Shown here one piece after another: positions 13,124 through 24,397 of a stretch of DNA of 38,463 bases. Numbering within the stretch: position 1 is the first letter of the stretch; the number at the start of each line of letters is the position of its first letter. Source of the stretch: Nemertoderma westbladi (lineage: Eukaryota > Animalia > Xenacoelomorpha). The stretch lies in assembly GCA_032718475.1 (NCBI GenBank), contig JAUCBJ010003241.1, forward strand, positions 1-38,463. Direction: 5' to 3'. The notes beneath the pieces are model-generated. The model was not told the origin of the DNA and did not search any database. It saw only the letters and a list, made by a program, of their open reading frames with translations. A program made the position numbers and the translations under genes.

Positions 13124-16100
13124 TCATGGAATTTTCTCGAGGTTGACATTCACAGCAACCGAAGGCACCGGCCCACCACCCCTACCGTAAACACCCACTC
13201 TGTGACCTCGGTCATTCTGTGAATAGGAAAACTTTCGAGAGTCATTTATGGGAAGGGCCTGTTCGTATCCACAATCAGGACCTACATTGGATTTGTCAAC
13301 ATTCACATAAACTTCAGAACTTATAAGGTAGCCATCAACATCGACTAGATTCTGGGGATCTTCATCCGGAATTAGAGATTGATAAGCACTTAATATCGCT
13401 TGGGGATCATCCAATTCATCCTTGTTGTTATCATTTTCTGTTATGAGATACCTTTTAGGATCGCTGGACATCCTTGTCAAATCATCTTCCAACTCAATAA
13501 ATTGCGGTCTGCACTCGGGTTTAGCCATCCAACACTTGAGCATCAACATGTAAACCTCTAAAGCGCATATTGGAGGTTGATGCAGACGCTCACCTTTTAC
13601 GAGATGACTTACAATATCCTTTGCAGCAATGCCTTCAAATGGTTTTTTACCATAAGTTAGTGTCTCCCAAATGGTGACTCCAAATGCCCAGACATCTGAT
13701 TGATGGGTAAATATACAATCCTGCAAGCTCTCCAATGCCAGCCAACGAATTGGGTACTTGCCTCCCTTAGATGTAAACCTATCTTCCCCAATATCCAACA
13801 CTTTCGCTAATCCAAAATCTGTAATTTTAACTTGGCTTGCTTTTTGTACAAGCACATTACGAGCAGCAAGGTCCCTATGTACAAGATGCTTTTCTTCAAG
13901 GTAAGCCATTCCAGATGCAATTTGCCGACACCATGTTAGCAGGTGCAAAGACTGTATTTTTGACTTTTTCGTTTTTAGATAACCTAGAAGACTGCCTAAT
14001 GGCATCAACTGTGAAATGAGCATAATTTGCTCTGCAGGCATAGATACAGCAAGCAGTCTGACCAAACAATCATGGCGCATTGTTGCCATCACATAAGCTT
14101 CATCCAAGAATTCTTTGTTAGCTGCAATGGATCCTGTATTATTCAATACTTTGATAGCAACTGGAATATTTATTGACCTTGTCAGTGTCTTCGCACCAGA
14201 GCCTTTGTGATCACCATCAATTATATCAAGCTGTGGTGTCCAAACACCCTTGTACACTATTCCAAACGCGCCTGTACCTAATTCACCATAACGTGCTAAC
14301 GATGTTTCATTGATTACCCGTAGCTGAGCTTGACTAGGGGGGACACCACTCGAATTCAACGGATCCAGTACCATAGCATCGATGTCAGAAACCTGTCTTA
14401 TTATATTTTCCCGCCGTTTCTTTACTGACCTCCTGAGCCGAAAATATTTAACACAAATAAAAACACAAACACAAACCGTTACAAGAAGAAACACAAATCC
14501 CAATACCATTCCCAATATCATACCATCATCAAGAACAGTATTATACTTCTTCTCCAAACATATTGAGTTTATTTCACGTTCATGATAACTATCACATTTA
14601 TCTGCACAGTATTTACGACCATCTCTATCAATTTTATGTACATGTTTGCACCCATCACAACCATATATTGTAGGCCCATTGCACTGTCCATTACATTCGT
14701 CATGACATTTGTCACATGTCATATTGATATTGTTTCCATAGTATCCCCCTGGACACTCACTGTGACATGAAATGTGAGTAGGTGTAGCAAGTGTGTAGTT
14801 TCGGCACATTATACAATCCGATAACGAGTCACCTTCGCAGCCATTGCACTCATTATGACATTCTGAACACATCAATGAAAAGAATTCATCTATTGAATCA
14901 TAATGATTACTTACATAAAAATCGGAATGACTTCTATTACAATTGTTTATCCATTCAGTTACACTCATAGCTGGGTCCATGCAAATATAGGAGTTATTGA
15001 TTGATAGAATATATTTACATTGACGACAGCCCCCCACACCTTTAATATTCGCACTTCCGGTACATCCATGAGAAGAACAATATTCGTGACATTTCTCGCA
15101 TTGATTTCCTTCAGTGAACAATAAAAATGGTTGACAATCCTCTACACATTGAATGATATCATTATATTGCAATTTCATATTGGCACAGCCACTAGTGCAA
15201 TCGGTTGAAAAAGGACCACTACATGTTGAATTGCATTGAGGGTCACAATGCTTGCATGTTTTGTTACCACTTATAAAGAACTTATTCTCCGTATTGCATT
15301 GGGAAACACATGTACCTGAGAGATTAAAGTTTTTGCATTCTTTACACTTATCTGGACCAGGTCCCCAGCAACCACCCTCACTGCACTCATAATCACATTT
15401 TTCTTGGCAGCTAATCTTATTCCAAAAATTAACTTTTTTAGATGAATAACAGTGCTCATATTCCCGAACTATTCCAACATTGCCAATCAGACTGGCATTC
15501 AATGAAGTTGATCCTAAATTTGCTAACTCTGATAAAATCGGTATGTAAAAAATATAATCAGTCACTGTATCCCCCGGAATTAACTCTAAATTACTCGAAA
15601 ATTGTATTTCTTTAAGATAATTCCATTGATCCATGGATGATATTACATTACTTATATTAAAGAATATAGAGCCATTTACAGCTGTGCACCCCGTTGGATT
15701 GTGTGTATTTGATGATATAAGGGTTCTAAGTGTAACATTGTGTTCACCCTGTTCATATATACCATCAATATCGCATACTTTTCTACAAGCGCCTTCACAT
15801 GGTTGACATATCTTGCTGTCTCCTGTAGTTTTATAATTTTCTCCACAGGACTTCACACAGAAAAAATCTTTGATAAAATAGTTGGAACCACATTCTTTTA
15901 CGCAACGGTTTTCCATGGTGTAGAATCTTTCAAATGGGGTAACAAACCATTTTATAAATGATTTATAATGGCACTCCTTCACACACCTAGTACCCTTAGT
16001 ATCATCAGGCATTTTATAATCCCGACAAGAAATGCAATCCACATTATCAATTCCACTGCAGCCCCCTGCACAAGACTTACTGCAACACTTATAGTTGTCA

Positions 16101-16849
16101 TTTGGAGCTGCACACCTTGTCCCATGCATGATGCAAAACTCATCGCAATTCCTGAACGTTAATGTCTGGCAGGATGTTGCTTGAGGACCCCAACAATTGG
16201 TGCATGTTTCATTGCAAATATTTAAGCAATGTCCACGATCTCCATTTCCTGAAATATATAATCGACTCAAATTCGGACTCAAATCCATTAGTATATCGCC
16301 CCAATCAACAGTGTTCATATTACAAAGGAATTGATTATCTGTTATACAAATGTATCTATCCTTTATAATAATGTCTCTTAAGTTAGACAGGTCAATGTGC
16401 CTTAATCCATCACTATCATTGTCATTTCCACTAACATACAAAGCGCATTGATTTCCATCCTTGTTTCTGAAATACGTTTTGCCTCTTATGACTGTCAGAT
16501 TGTGCAGAGGAATTGCATTCACTATCACCTGATAAATCATAACATAGCCGTTAACTTCTCTGATTGATCGAAGAAACCCCAGATCCATAGAGGAATAGCG
16601 AATATGCGTGAGTTCAAGGTTGCCATCAATGTATGTGCATGGCATCCCCTCTGAGTTTTCAAAACGTTTCCTCAATTTTTCCCTGAGGTTCTCTTCGTCC
16701 AAGTCGTGGTATATGTCGACAAGCCCATTACTTGTACCTGGACAAACAACCTCTTCTGTAGAACTCTGATGCACCAGATGGGTGACTGTAAGGATGAACA
16801 CAGCACAGCACCAATTAATGTACCAGCAGTTTATAATATTGATTTCCAT
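13124..16849 (-). CDS. EGFR: EGFR/ErbB-family receptor tyrosine kinase, single uninterrupted ORF
   Basis: Probable ATG at 16849 (MEINI...signal-like) then VCPGT, L1 domain (CTYIDGNLELT, IREVNGYVMI, NLTVIRG), furin-like Cys repeats (CWGP), short L2, extended Cys-rich region, TM helix (MILGMVLGFVFLLVTVCVCVFICV), juxtamembrane PLNSSGVPPSQAQLR, and kinase motifs LGTGAFG, VAIK, HRDLAARN, DFG, PIRWLALES. Confidence 0.95.
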   Translation of the reverse strand: MEINIINCWYINWCCAVFILTVTHLVHQSSTEEVVCPGTSNGLVDIYHDLDEENLREKLRKRFENSEGMPCTYIDGNLELTHIRYSSMDLGFLRSIREVNGYVMIYQVIVNAIPLHNLTVIRGKTYFRNKDGNQCALYVSGNDNDSDGLRHIDLSNLRDIIIKDRYICITDNQFLCNMNTVDWGDILMDLSPNLSRLYISGNGDRGHCLNICNETCTNCWGPQATSCQTLTFRNCDEFCIMHGTRCAAPNDNYKCCSKSCAGGCSGIDNVDCISCRDYKMPDDTKGTRCVKECHYKSFIKWFVTPFERFYTMENRCVKECGSNYFIKDFFCVKSCGENYKTTGDSKICQPCEGACRKVCDIDGIYEQGEHNVTLRTLISSNTHNPTGCTAVNGSIFFNISNVISSMDQWNYLKEIQFSSNLELIPGDTVTDYIFYIPILSELANLGSTSLNASLIGNVGIVREYEHCYSSKKVNFWNKISCQEKCDYECSEGGCWGPGPDKCKECKNFNLSGTCVSQCNTENKFFISGNKTCKHCDPQCNSTCSGPFSTDCTSGCANMKLQYNDIIQCVEDCQPFLLFTEGNQCEKCHEYCSSHGCTGSANIKGVGGCRQCKYILSINNSYICMDPAMSVTEWINNCNRSHSDFYVSNHYDSIDEFFSLMCSECHNECNGCEGDSLSDCIMCRNYTLATPTHISCHSECPGGYYGNNINMTCDKCHDECNGQCNGPTIYGCDGCKHVHKIDRDGRKYCADKCDSYHEREINSICLEKKYNTVLDDGMILGMVLGFVFLLVTVCVCVFICVKYFRLRRSVKKRRENIIRQVSDIDAMVLDPLNSSGVPPSQAQLRVINETSLARYGELGTGAFGIVYKGVWTPQLDIIDGDHKGSGAKTLTRSINIPVAIKVLNNTGSIAANKEFLDEAYVMATMRHDCLVRLLAVSMPAEQIMLISQLMPLGSLLGYLKTKKSKIQSLHLLTWCRQIASGMAYLEEKHLVHRDLAARNVLVQKASQVKITDFGLAKVLDIGEDRFTSKGGKYPIRWLALESLQDCIFTHQSDVWAFGVTIWETLTYGKKPFEGIAAKDIVSHLVKGERLHQPPICALEVYMLMLKCWMAKPECRPQFIELEDDLTRMSSDPKRYLITENDNNKDELDDPQAILSAYQSLIPDEDPQNLVDVDGYLISSEVYVNVDKSNVGPDCGYEQALPINDSRKFSYSQNDRGHRVGVYGRGGGPVPSVAVNVNLEKIP

Positions 16850-17372
16850 TACAACATTATTATACAAATTGATAGTACAATAGTAGTTATTTATCACACA
16901 ACTTTCAGTAATTTAACCACTTTATCAACATCTAATTACTATATTTGTTCTGAAGTATCTGATACAGTATACAGTCTGTACACCACGTCCTGAAATATAG
17001 TTTTCGAATAAGTCCAAATTGTAGTCTCTAGCATTCTATAAAATCATTATTACTATCCTCGCCTCACTGATGTTCAAAGTTTCAAACCACTGTAATCTTA
17101 TAAGGTTATAAATTCTTGAAGTAAATATATTATTTACTTTGGTGATAACAAACTGCATAAAATATAATTCAATATCAAACTGCATTTATAATCTCATGTT
17201 GGTCTTGCTTGCTTTTCAGTAAGTAATTAGTGACATCAGTCTAGTCAAAGAATTAAATGTATACATTAGGTTAATATTGATCATTCTTCATATGTAGTGT
17301 GTATTTATAGACTATCTTATCACTGCAGTTAAAGTTGCGTTTAATTTGCATAAAGTCTAGACTTATATTATA

Positions 17373-20300
17373 TAGTCCATGGGCCAGCCAGCATAGGGGA
17401 TACTTTTTGGTAACCATCTGAAACTTATATTTTAGGGAAGACCTATGTTTTGGCCGTTCATTTTGATATGATAAGAAATCTGAATCGGTAGCTGACTTGG
17501 TGTTATCACCGGTTGTCATGGAAATGACAAAATAACAAACATGCTGTAGTAGTCTAAGAACTCAATATAAATTCTTCGCGTCTTCTGAAAACGATAGCTA
17601 CTGGACTTACAATTCTAAATGTGTCATAAAATTCTGGAATATAATTATTGTTGCCATGGGAGTGATGCTAAATTAAAACTGACATGTTTTAGAAAAATAG
17701 CTACCATTCTAGAACACATATCATTATTTTAGAAACAAATTGCCACATGATGTTTAATATTAGTTTTGGAAAATGTTGGTATACTGAGAGCAAAACTTGT
17801 TTTGTTATAACGGTTATATATGGTACCAAAGTTATACCCACCCATGTCTGGAAAATGTTTCTTTATCAACATTTTAATCTCATTCCACTCTGTTCCAAAA
17901 TTATGACAAAATATTTAGGTAAATGAAAAGCAATCATGATGTGACAACAATACTTTAAAATAACAAGTGACATCTAAATGGCATTTCAGACACCACTCCT
18001 TCACAGGTTACCAACCATGACTACATATGCAATTGAAAATAACCAAAATGCACACTATCAAACATATGACTTTAGCATTAACTTTAGCATATTATATATA
18101 ATTATCATCTTTGTTCCTAGATGATTTCTGCAAAGATGCTTCCCTTGATAATGACATTGAATACTAAATCCACTTTTTTACTAAATACTCAATTACAATT
18201 AGGTATGTAAGTATTCTTAGTTCGTATGATGTTGTAAGAGGAAATAGAGTATCCTTATTCCAGGGGTGTAATCTGTGATATATTTTTGGTAGGGTCCTAA
18301 ACAAAACATTTTAATTGTAGTTATACAATATATTATTTAATAAAAATAATATTTTAAATGAAATCATGGATCACAGCCTAAGGCAAGATTCTTTAGCGAA
18401 TTGTAATTTAAAAGAGGAATGCTTATTCCAATTAGCCAATAATAATTAATTGGTTATTATTTAACCTACGTTGACTGACTATACATATACACTATATATA
18501 TCCTATACACTTATTTATTCCACGAGAGTTAAACAAAAACACACACAATTGTTCTAGAGCACTTTTTTGTGTATAAAATAAACAACAACATAACAGTTTA
18601 TAAGAAACTACCGAGAATCTGAAAGTCTCATAGAACATCAACTTGAAACCGAAACTCTCAACTAATTGGTAGTTTCTAAATCAAATCAACCCAAACCACC
18701 ATCCATAAGTTTTCACAATATACATACGGCCCATGGCTCTACCAAGCCACCACCACCACCCCCCACCCCCCCCCCCCCCCCCCCCCCCCCCCCCACTCCC
18801 TAATTAGGCCCACCACACACCCCATTTGCTACAGTATATATATCAGCCCACCCACCCTCCAATGGGTTTACTCAAATAACATGGCTAAGGTGTCAGCACA
18901 TTGTCACATGTGTGTCACCACACACATTAACGCCACAACGCCAACAAATTTGTATCATTACGGTGTTTTCATATCTGCACAAGGTCGAACTAAGCTGGAC
19001 ACCGAAAAACGGCATTCTAAAACATTTACAGGCAGTCTCGGACAGTATCGCACAATACGTTATTCTACTTACAAATCCACACTTTTGATAAACCTGGCAT
19101 TTCAGGGCATTATCACACAACGCAACAAGTAACTATGTTGTGCCTGTATCTTCTCCAGCAACAACTACAACCGTTGATCCATTTTGTGCACGAGGTTTAC
19201 ACGGGGTACGGGGTTGTTACACGAGTGGGCCTCCTCATGGGTCAGCCTCCTAATGGTCGCATTGTAATTTTTCAACAGAATGTAAATTATGTTCTGAATG
19301 ATCGTTCTGCGATAGTTACGACCTTGGTCCTGGATTATTGACCCATACACTTGGCTGCAGGGGTATATGGCCTGACCAGGCAGATGGTAATCTATTAATG
19401 GTTGGTCAGGAGTAGGTTGCTCTTGTCTCCAATTTGTGTGCACTCTACTGCAACCCGCACTTGGCAGCAGGGGTAGCGGGCATGGCCCGGCAGATGAGCT
19501 GATGGTGGGACATTGCTTCAGAGTGGGTATCGGATGGGTGATGGGCCCCATATCTGATTCATCTGCGACACCCGCCCTGTGGAATGGCAAAAAATCACCC
19601 CTAACAATGGATTACATTAGTAACTCCCGGCCACTATAGACAAGTGGTATGAACTGACACATTTTGCCTCACGGGCGTCAGTTTTCTTCTGACTGGCTGC
19701 CTGTCAGAGAGCACGCCACCCCCCCCCCCCCCCCCCCCCACAAGGGGGAGATAGAGTGGCCAAAAATTATGTGAGTCCCTTTCCTGATGACCTTGCTGGC
19801 CCAAACCCTGGGTCACCAGGGAGGATAGATTGCGATTCTGCGATTGCGATTGCGGATTCTGGAATTGGAGTCTACTCTCATGTTCCACCCCGACCAACCA
19901 AGCCATTATTGGTGAACCTGCGGCAAGTCACTAGAGACTGGCCTTAGTTAATACCCTAACACACGGGTCCCCATTGCGTCAAGGCGAGCTGACTGTCCTG
20001 GCAGATATGATTGGCCTTAGTGCAGTGGGTGTTCAAGAGCACCGAATGCAGACTGGTCAGACTAATGCGGTTCCGATTAAGAACATGGGGGGGGGGGGGG
20101 GGGGGGTAGGGGGGTGATTTGAAACTCGCCCTCGCATCATCAGATGTGTGGAAATGGTGGAATGTATACGATATAGTTGATCGGTTAATTTTGATTCAAA
20201 AATTGAAACAGCACGGATGTCGTGGGCGTTTTCTCAGTACGACAGCTGATTGTTTGAGTGAAACTTATGCTCTTCTTGGAGACACTGCAATCACTTGAGA

Positions 20301-21277
20301 TGTACGGGAGTTATTCAAGGGGATGGTGACAGCAGCTGTCCTTTGTTAACTTTTCTCCTAAATAATTTAATCCCATTGACTTAGGTAATGATGGTTGTCT
20401 TGAACAACTGGCTATACTTTTATTGATGGACGATACGACTCTGCTGGCTTCTAGTAGAACAAAAATATATCACAGAGTACACCCCAGGACTAAGAATACT
20501 CAATTTCTCTTAGAATCATCATACGAACGAAGAATACTTACATAAACCTAATTGAGTATTTATTAAATATAGTGGATTTAGTATTTTTGATAGTGTGCAT
20601 CTGGGTTATCTACAATTTCATTTGTAGTCATGGTAACCTGTGAAGGAATGGCGTCTGAAATGCCATTTAGATGTCACTTGTTATTTTAAAGTATTGTAGA
20701 ACTGTAGTCACATTATGATTGCTTTTCATTGACCTAAATATTTTGTCATAATTTTGGAACAGAGTGGAATGAGATTAAAATGTTGAAAAAGAAAAATATT
20801 TCACACATGGGTATAACTTTGGTACCATATATATAACCGTTATAACAAAACAAGTTTCGCTCTCAGTATATCAAAAATTTTCAAAACTAATATTCAACAA
20901 TTTGTGGCATTTTGTTTCTAAAATAATGATATTGTTCTAGAATGGTAGCTATTTTTCTAAAACATGTCAGTTTTAATTTAGCACCGCTCCCATGGCAACA
21001 ATAATTATATTCCAGAATTTTATGTCACATTTAGAATTGTAAGACCAGTAGCTTATCTTTTTCAGAAGACGCGATAAATTTATATTGAGTTCTTAGACTA
21101 CTACAGCATGTTTGATATTTTGCCATTTCCATGACAACCGGTGATAACACCAAGTCAGCTACCGATTCAGATTTGTTATCATATCAAAATGAATGACCGA
21201 AACATAGGTGTTCCCAAAAACATAAGTTCCAGATGGTTACCAAAAAGTATCCCCTATGCTGACTGGCCCATGGACTA
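17373..21277. mobile_element. Non-autonomous foldback/TIR element with long inverted arms (17373-~18288 and ~20460-21277)
   Basis: Ends tagtccatgggccagccagcatagggg / cccctatgctgactggcccatggacta. The arms align by eye as reverse complements throughout, with a ~100-bp extra segment (~18063-18160) in the left arm. No transposase was seen. The TSD is ambiguous (TA or ATA). Confidence 0.85.
20167..20460 (+). pseudogene. Non-LTR reverse transcriptase fragment
   Basis: YDIVDRLILIQKLKQHGCRGRFL ... GVIQG ... LLLMDDTTLLASSR (catalytic xxDD motif, ATG at 20426). Interrupted and truncated. Confidence 0.7.
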
Positions 21278-21954
21278 ATATATTTGTTGTGTAATAATAA
21301 GACTGGTCGCAGTACTTAATTTATACAGAAAAACGAAATTAATGTGTGTGTCTGACTTCGGCTATACCCATCTTGTTGAAAATAAATATCGCTTACTATA
21401 GCTCATTAAAAAGCTAATATTGATCTCGATAAAAAAATCTGACGAATCGAAACTACATTTTTTACATTAACCATTAATACTTTCGCGGTCACTATAAAAT
21501 TTGTGGCCGAGCCAAACTGGTTTTGAAATTGACGAATTTTATAGATACCGTAGTTTGAAAAGGATGCGAATATTTGTCAAAATGTATAATCAGTTTTTTA
21601 TCAGCTTAACATGGAATAGCTTTTTATATATGTATTTATATTTGTATATGCATCTTGATGCACCTCTTTGACATCTATGTCAAGCGAGCTGGGAAGAAGA
21701 GGCTACTGACCAGACCCTCTAAATACCATATTGAAGCTTTATATTTTATTTATATTTTACTTGTGTATTATTGACCAGACCTTTATATTACCAAAATAAT
21801 GTAACCTGCATAATCTTGTAACATGTGTTAACTTTCGCTTATTGTTTTGGTTCCCCAACACGTCTCTGTAACCTGCTCCTTTGCTAACCTGTCCCTTTAA
21901 ATGGAAATGGGACCAGTCAATGCGTCTGGTCCACCGATCCAGTCAATTGAGCAA

Positions 21955-22215
21955 TGAGTCCAGTCAGTAAGTAGCCTTTGCCGAACTCGGACTGTGGAAA
22001 GGAGATTCCTGTTCTCCATAGTTGTTGCAATTTCGTTTCTCTCAAGTCCAGTATCCCTTTCAAATTGGTCAATATATGTTATAGCCGATAGTCCACTGCT
22101 ACGCTTTTCTTGTGTTGGTTGCTGGAAAAGTAGATCTTGTATGACCTCAGCATGTATACTTCTCCAGCAGTGCCCACTGAATCTTAATCTACATTCACAT
22201 AGAACTCAGCATTAG
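21955..22215 (-). mobile_element. 3' fragment of an RTE-clade non-LTR retrotransposon
   Basis: Minus-strand translation from 22190: RLRFSGHCWRS...DLLFQQPTQEKRSSGLSAITYIDQFERDTGLE. This matches the RTE C-terminal pattern RRLRFAGHC...W.P.HG.R..GRP..TYID.L..DTG. Confidence 0.75.
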
Positions 22216-22735
22216 TGTTATTTTGTACAAAGCTCAGCGCTAGTGTTATTTTGCACCATGAAGCTCGGCGCTAGTGTTATTTTGCACCATAAAGTTCAGC
22301 GCTAGTGTTATTTTGCACCATAAAGTTCGGCACTAGTGTTATTTTGCACCATAAAGCATGGCGTTAGTGTTATTTTGCACCATAAAGCTCGGCACTGGTG
22401 TTATTTTGCACCATAAAGCTCGGCGCTAGTGTTATTTTGCACCATAAAGCGCGGCTTAGTGTTATTTTGCACCATAAAGCCCGGTACCAGTGTTATTATG
22501 CACCATAAAGCTCGGCGCTAGTGTTATTTTGCACCATAAAGCGCGGCGTTAGTGTTATTTTTCACCATAAAGCCCAGCCTTAGTGTTATTTTGCACCATA
22601 AAGCTCGGCGATTGTGATATTTTGCACCATAAAGATCGGTGCTAGTGTTATTTTGCTCCATAAAGCGCGGCATTAGTGTTATTTTGCACCCAAAAGTGCA
22701 GTGTTATTGTTATTTTGCAGGATAAAGCTCGGTGC
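22201..22735. repeat. 31-bp minisatellite (~17 copies)
   Basis: Unit aaagctcggcgctagtgttattttgcaccat. Variation is concentrated in the CpG-containing ~8 nt. Confidence 0.95.
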
Positions 22736-23094
22736 TTACATCAATAAATTATGATGACGGGTTTAATTATTATTGCTGCATAACTGGATTGTAATAAAGA
22801 AATAGGCCTACATTCAAATTACAATAAAATACAAAAAAATATAAAAACCATGATATCAAATCGCCCATATGTGGCACAAATTATAACTTGGAACCAAAAC
22901 CCTTGGCATTGGAATAACAGTGGGAAAAAATTAATTAAAATAAAATATCTAAATTCGTATTGGTTTTTGTTTTGTATGGAAGCCCATATGGAGTCAATTT
23001 TTGGGTGTAATACCCTAAAATATACTGTTTACTTGTGTCAATGTTGCATGATAACGTCATAAAAAATGGTAGACATTTATCGACTTACTGAAAA

Positions 23095-23506
23095 CTAGAA
23101 ACGGGCCTAGCGGCCCGTGAAGGAACCGCCTGGTCAACCACATTCAACTAAAACGAAGTCGTTATTAGTCGAGATTTATCGAGTTTCAGTTCTGGCCAAT
23201 CAGAGCGTCCCAATCTTAAACCTCCGGTCTAACAGGGTTGTGTCCCAATCATGGTATTGAGACTAAGGTGAGGGATGTTCCTAGCGAGTATGGACGAGTT
23301 TTGTTTAATTCTAGTCGAGATATATCGACTTTCAGTTTCGGCCAATAAGAGCATCCCATTCGTAGACCCCATGTCCCTTGTGTCTGAAATTTGTTAGTTA
23401 CCTTACGTATATATCGTCAAAAAATTAGGAAAATCGTTAGAGCCGTTTCAAATTTGATCACTCAGTCACTCACTCATTGTCAACACGGTTTTATTTCTAG
23501 GTATGA
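23095..23506 (-). mobile_element. Non-autonomous Helitron (~412 bp)
   Basis: On the minus strand it reads A|TCATACC... to ...ACGGGCC-gcta-GGCCCGT-tt-CTAG|T: 5' TC, subterminal GC hairpin, 3' CTAG, insertion between A and T with no TSD. It has a short GAGT-type microsatellite near the 5' end and an internal ~50-bp duplication (~23166 and ~23312). Confidence 0.85.
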
Positions 23507-24397
23507 TTCCTTATAGAAAGTAACCTGGGGTTCCTAATAATAATTTTTCACTAAATTATAACAGGGAAAATAACAAAAAATATTCAGTTTTCACTAAAAT
23601 ATAATAATTATATACCAGTAAAATATATTAATTATCACGAATATATATTAAATATTACTAACTGAAGGAAAGGAGCAGGTTACAGTGGGACATTATTTAT
23701 TCTAAGCAAAGCAATAAGAAAAATCAATAGACGAGGTTACAGTTTTATTTTTGTAGAAAACAATTTTAGTGGAAGAATTATATATATTTTAGTGACAAAA
23801 ATATAGAGAGAAAAAACTATTTCGTTAAAAATCGATTAAGAAGTGGAAAAAGCAATTATTGTTTTAGCGACCAATTAAAACGAATACGTAAAAAAATTGA
23901 AAGAAATTCCTGGTTAAAAAGATCCCGCTATCTCTGTTAATTTCGTCAACTTCCTTCATATATTGACTGAAGCAATTACACCCAGAAAATAAACGGATAT
24001 AATAATTGATCTTAAAAAAAGTAATGCTATAATCTGAAAATTGGCTTAACGCAGTCAGCCAATTCTCTATCGTATAACAATAGATTGCTCTTTATCTATT
24101 TATATATTTTTTAACATGTAGATCGGGCATGTCTTGAACCATATCATCAATAATAGAAGTTGCATGAGTAAATATTTTGTTTTAATCGGGTAAAAGCCAT
24201 GTTTTAGTGAATATTAGAAAATTCATGAACAGTTAAGTTGTTTAGTTAAGTTTAGTTAAGTTGGACTGTGTGAACAACCGTGCCAAATAAATATATTAAA
24301 TTAAATAGCAATGTGAATAGATAGTGGTTGCACTACAAGCATTAGATACAATTTATAGGAAATTCGTCATTGGTAGCAACGATAGGTTTGAGGTCAA

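Noticed and set aside
16850-16897. N-terminal extension of EGFR in the ORF track
   Set aside because: It starts at a non-ATG codon; the ATG at 16849 gives a signal-peptide-like leader.
22201-22735. CRISPR-like constant/variable periodicity
   Set aside because: The variable part is only ~8 nt and mutually related, there are no cas genes, and the context is eukaryotic; it is a minisatellite.
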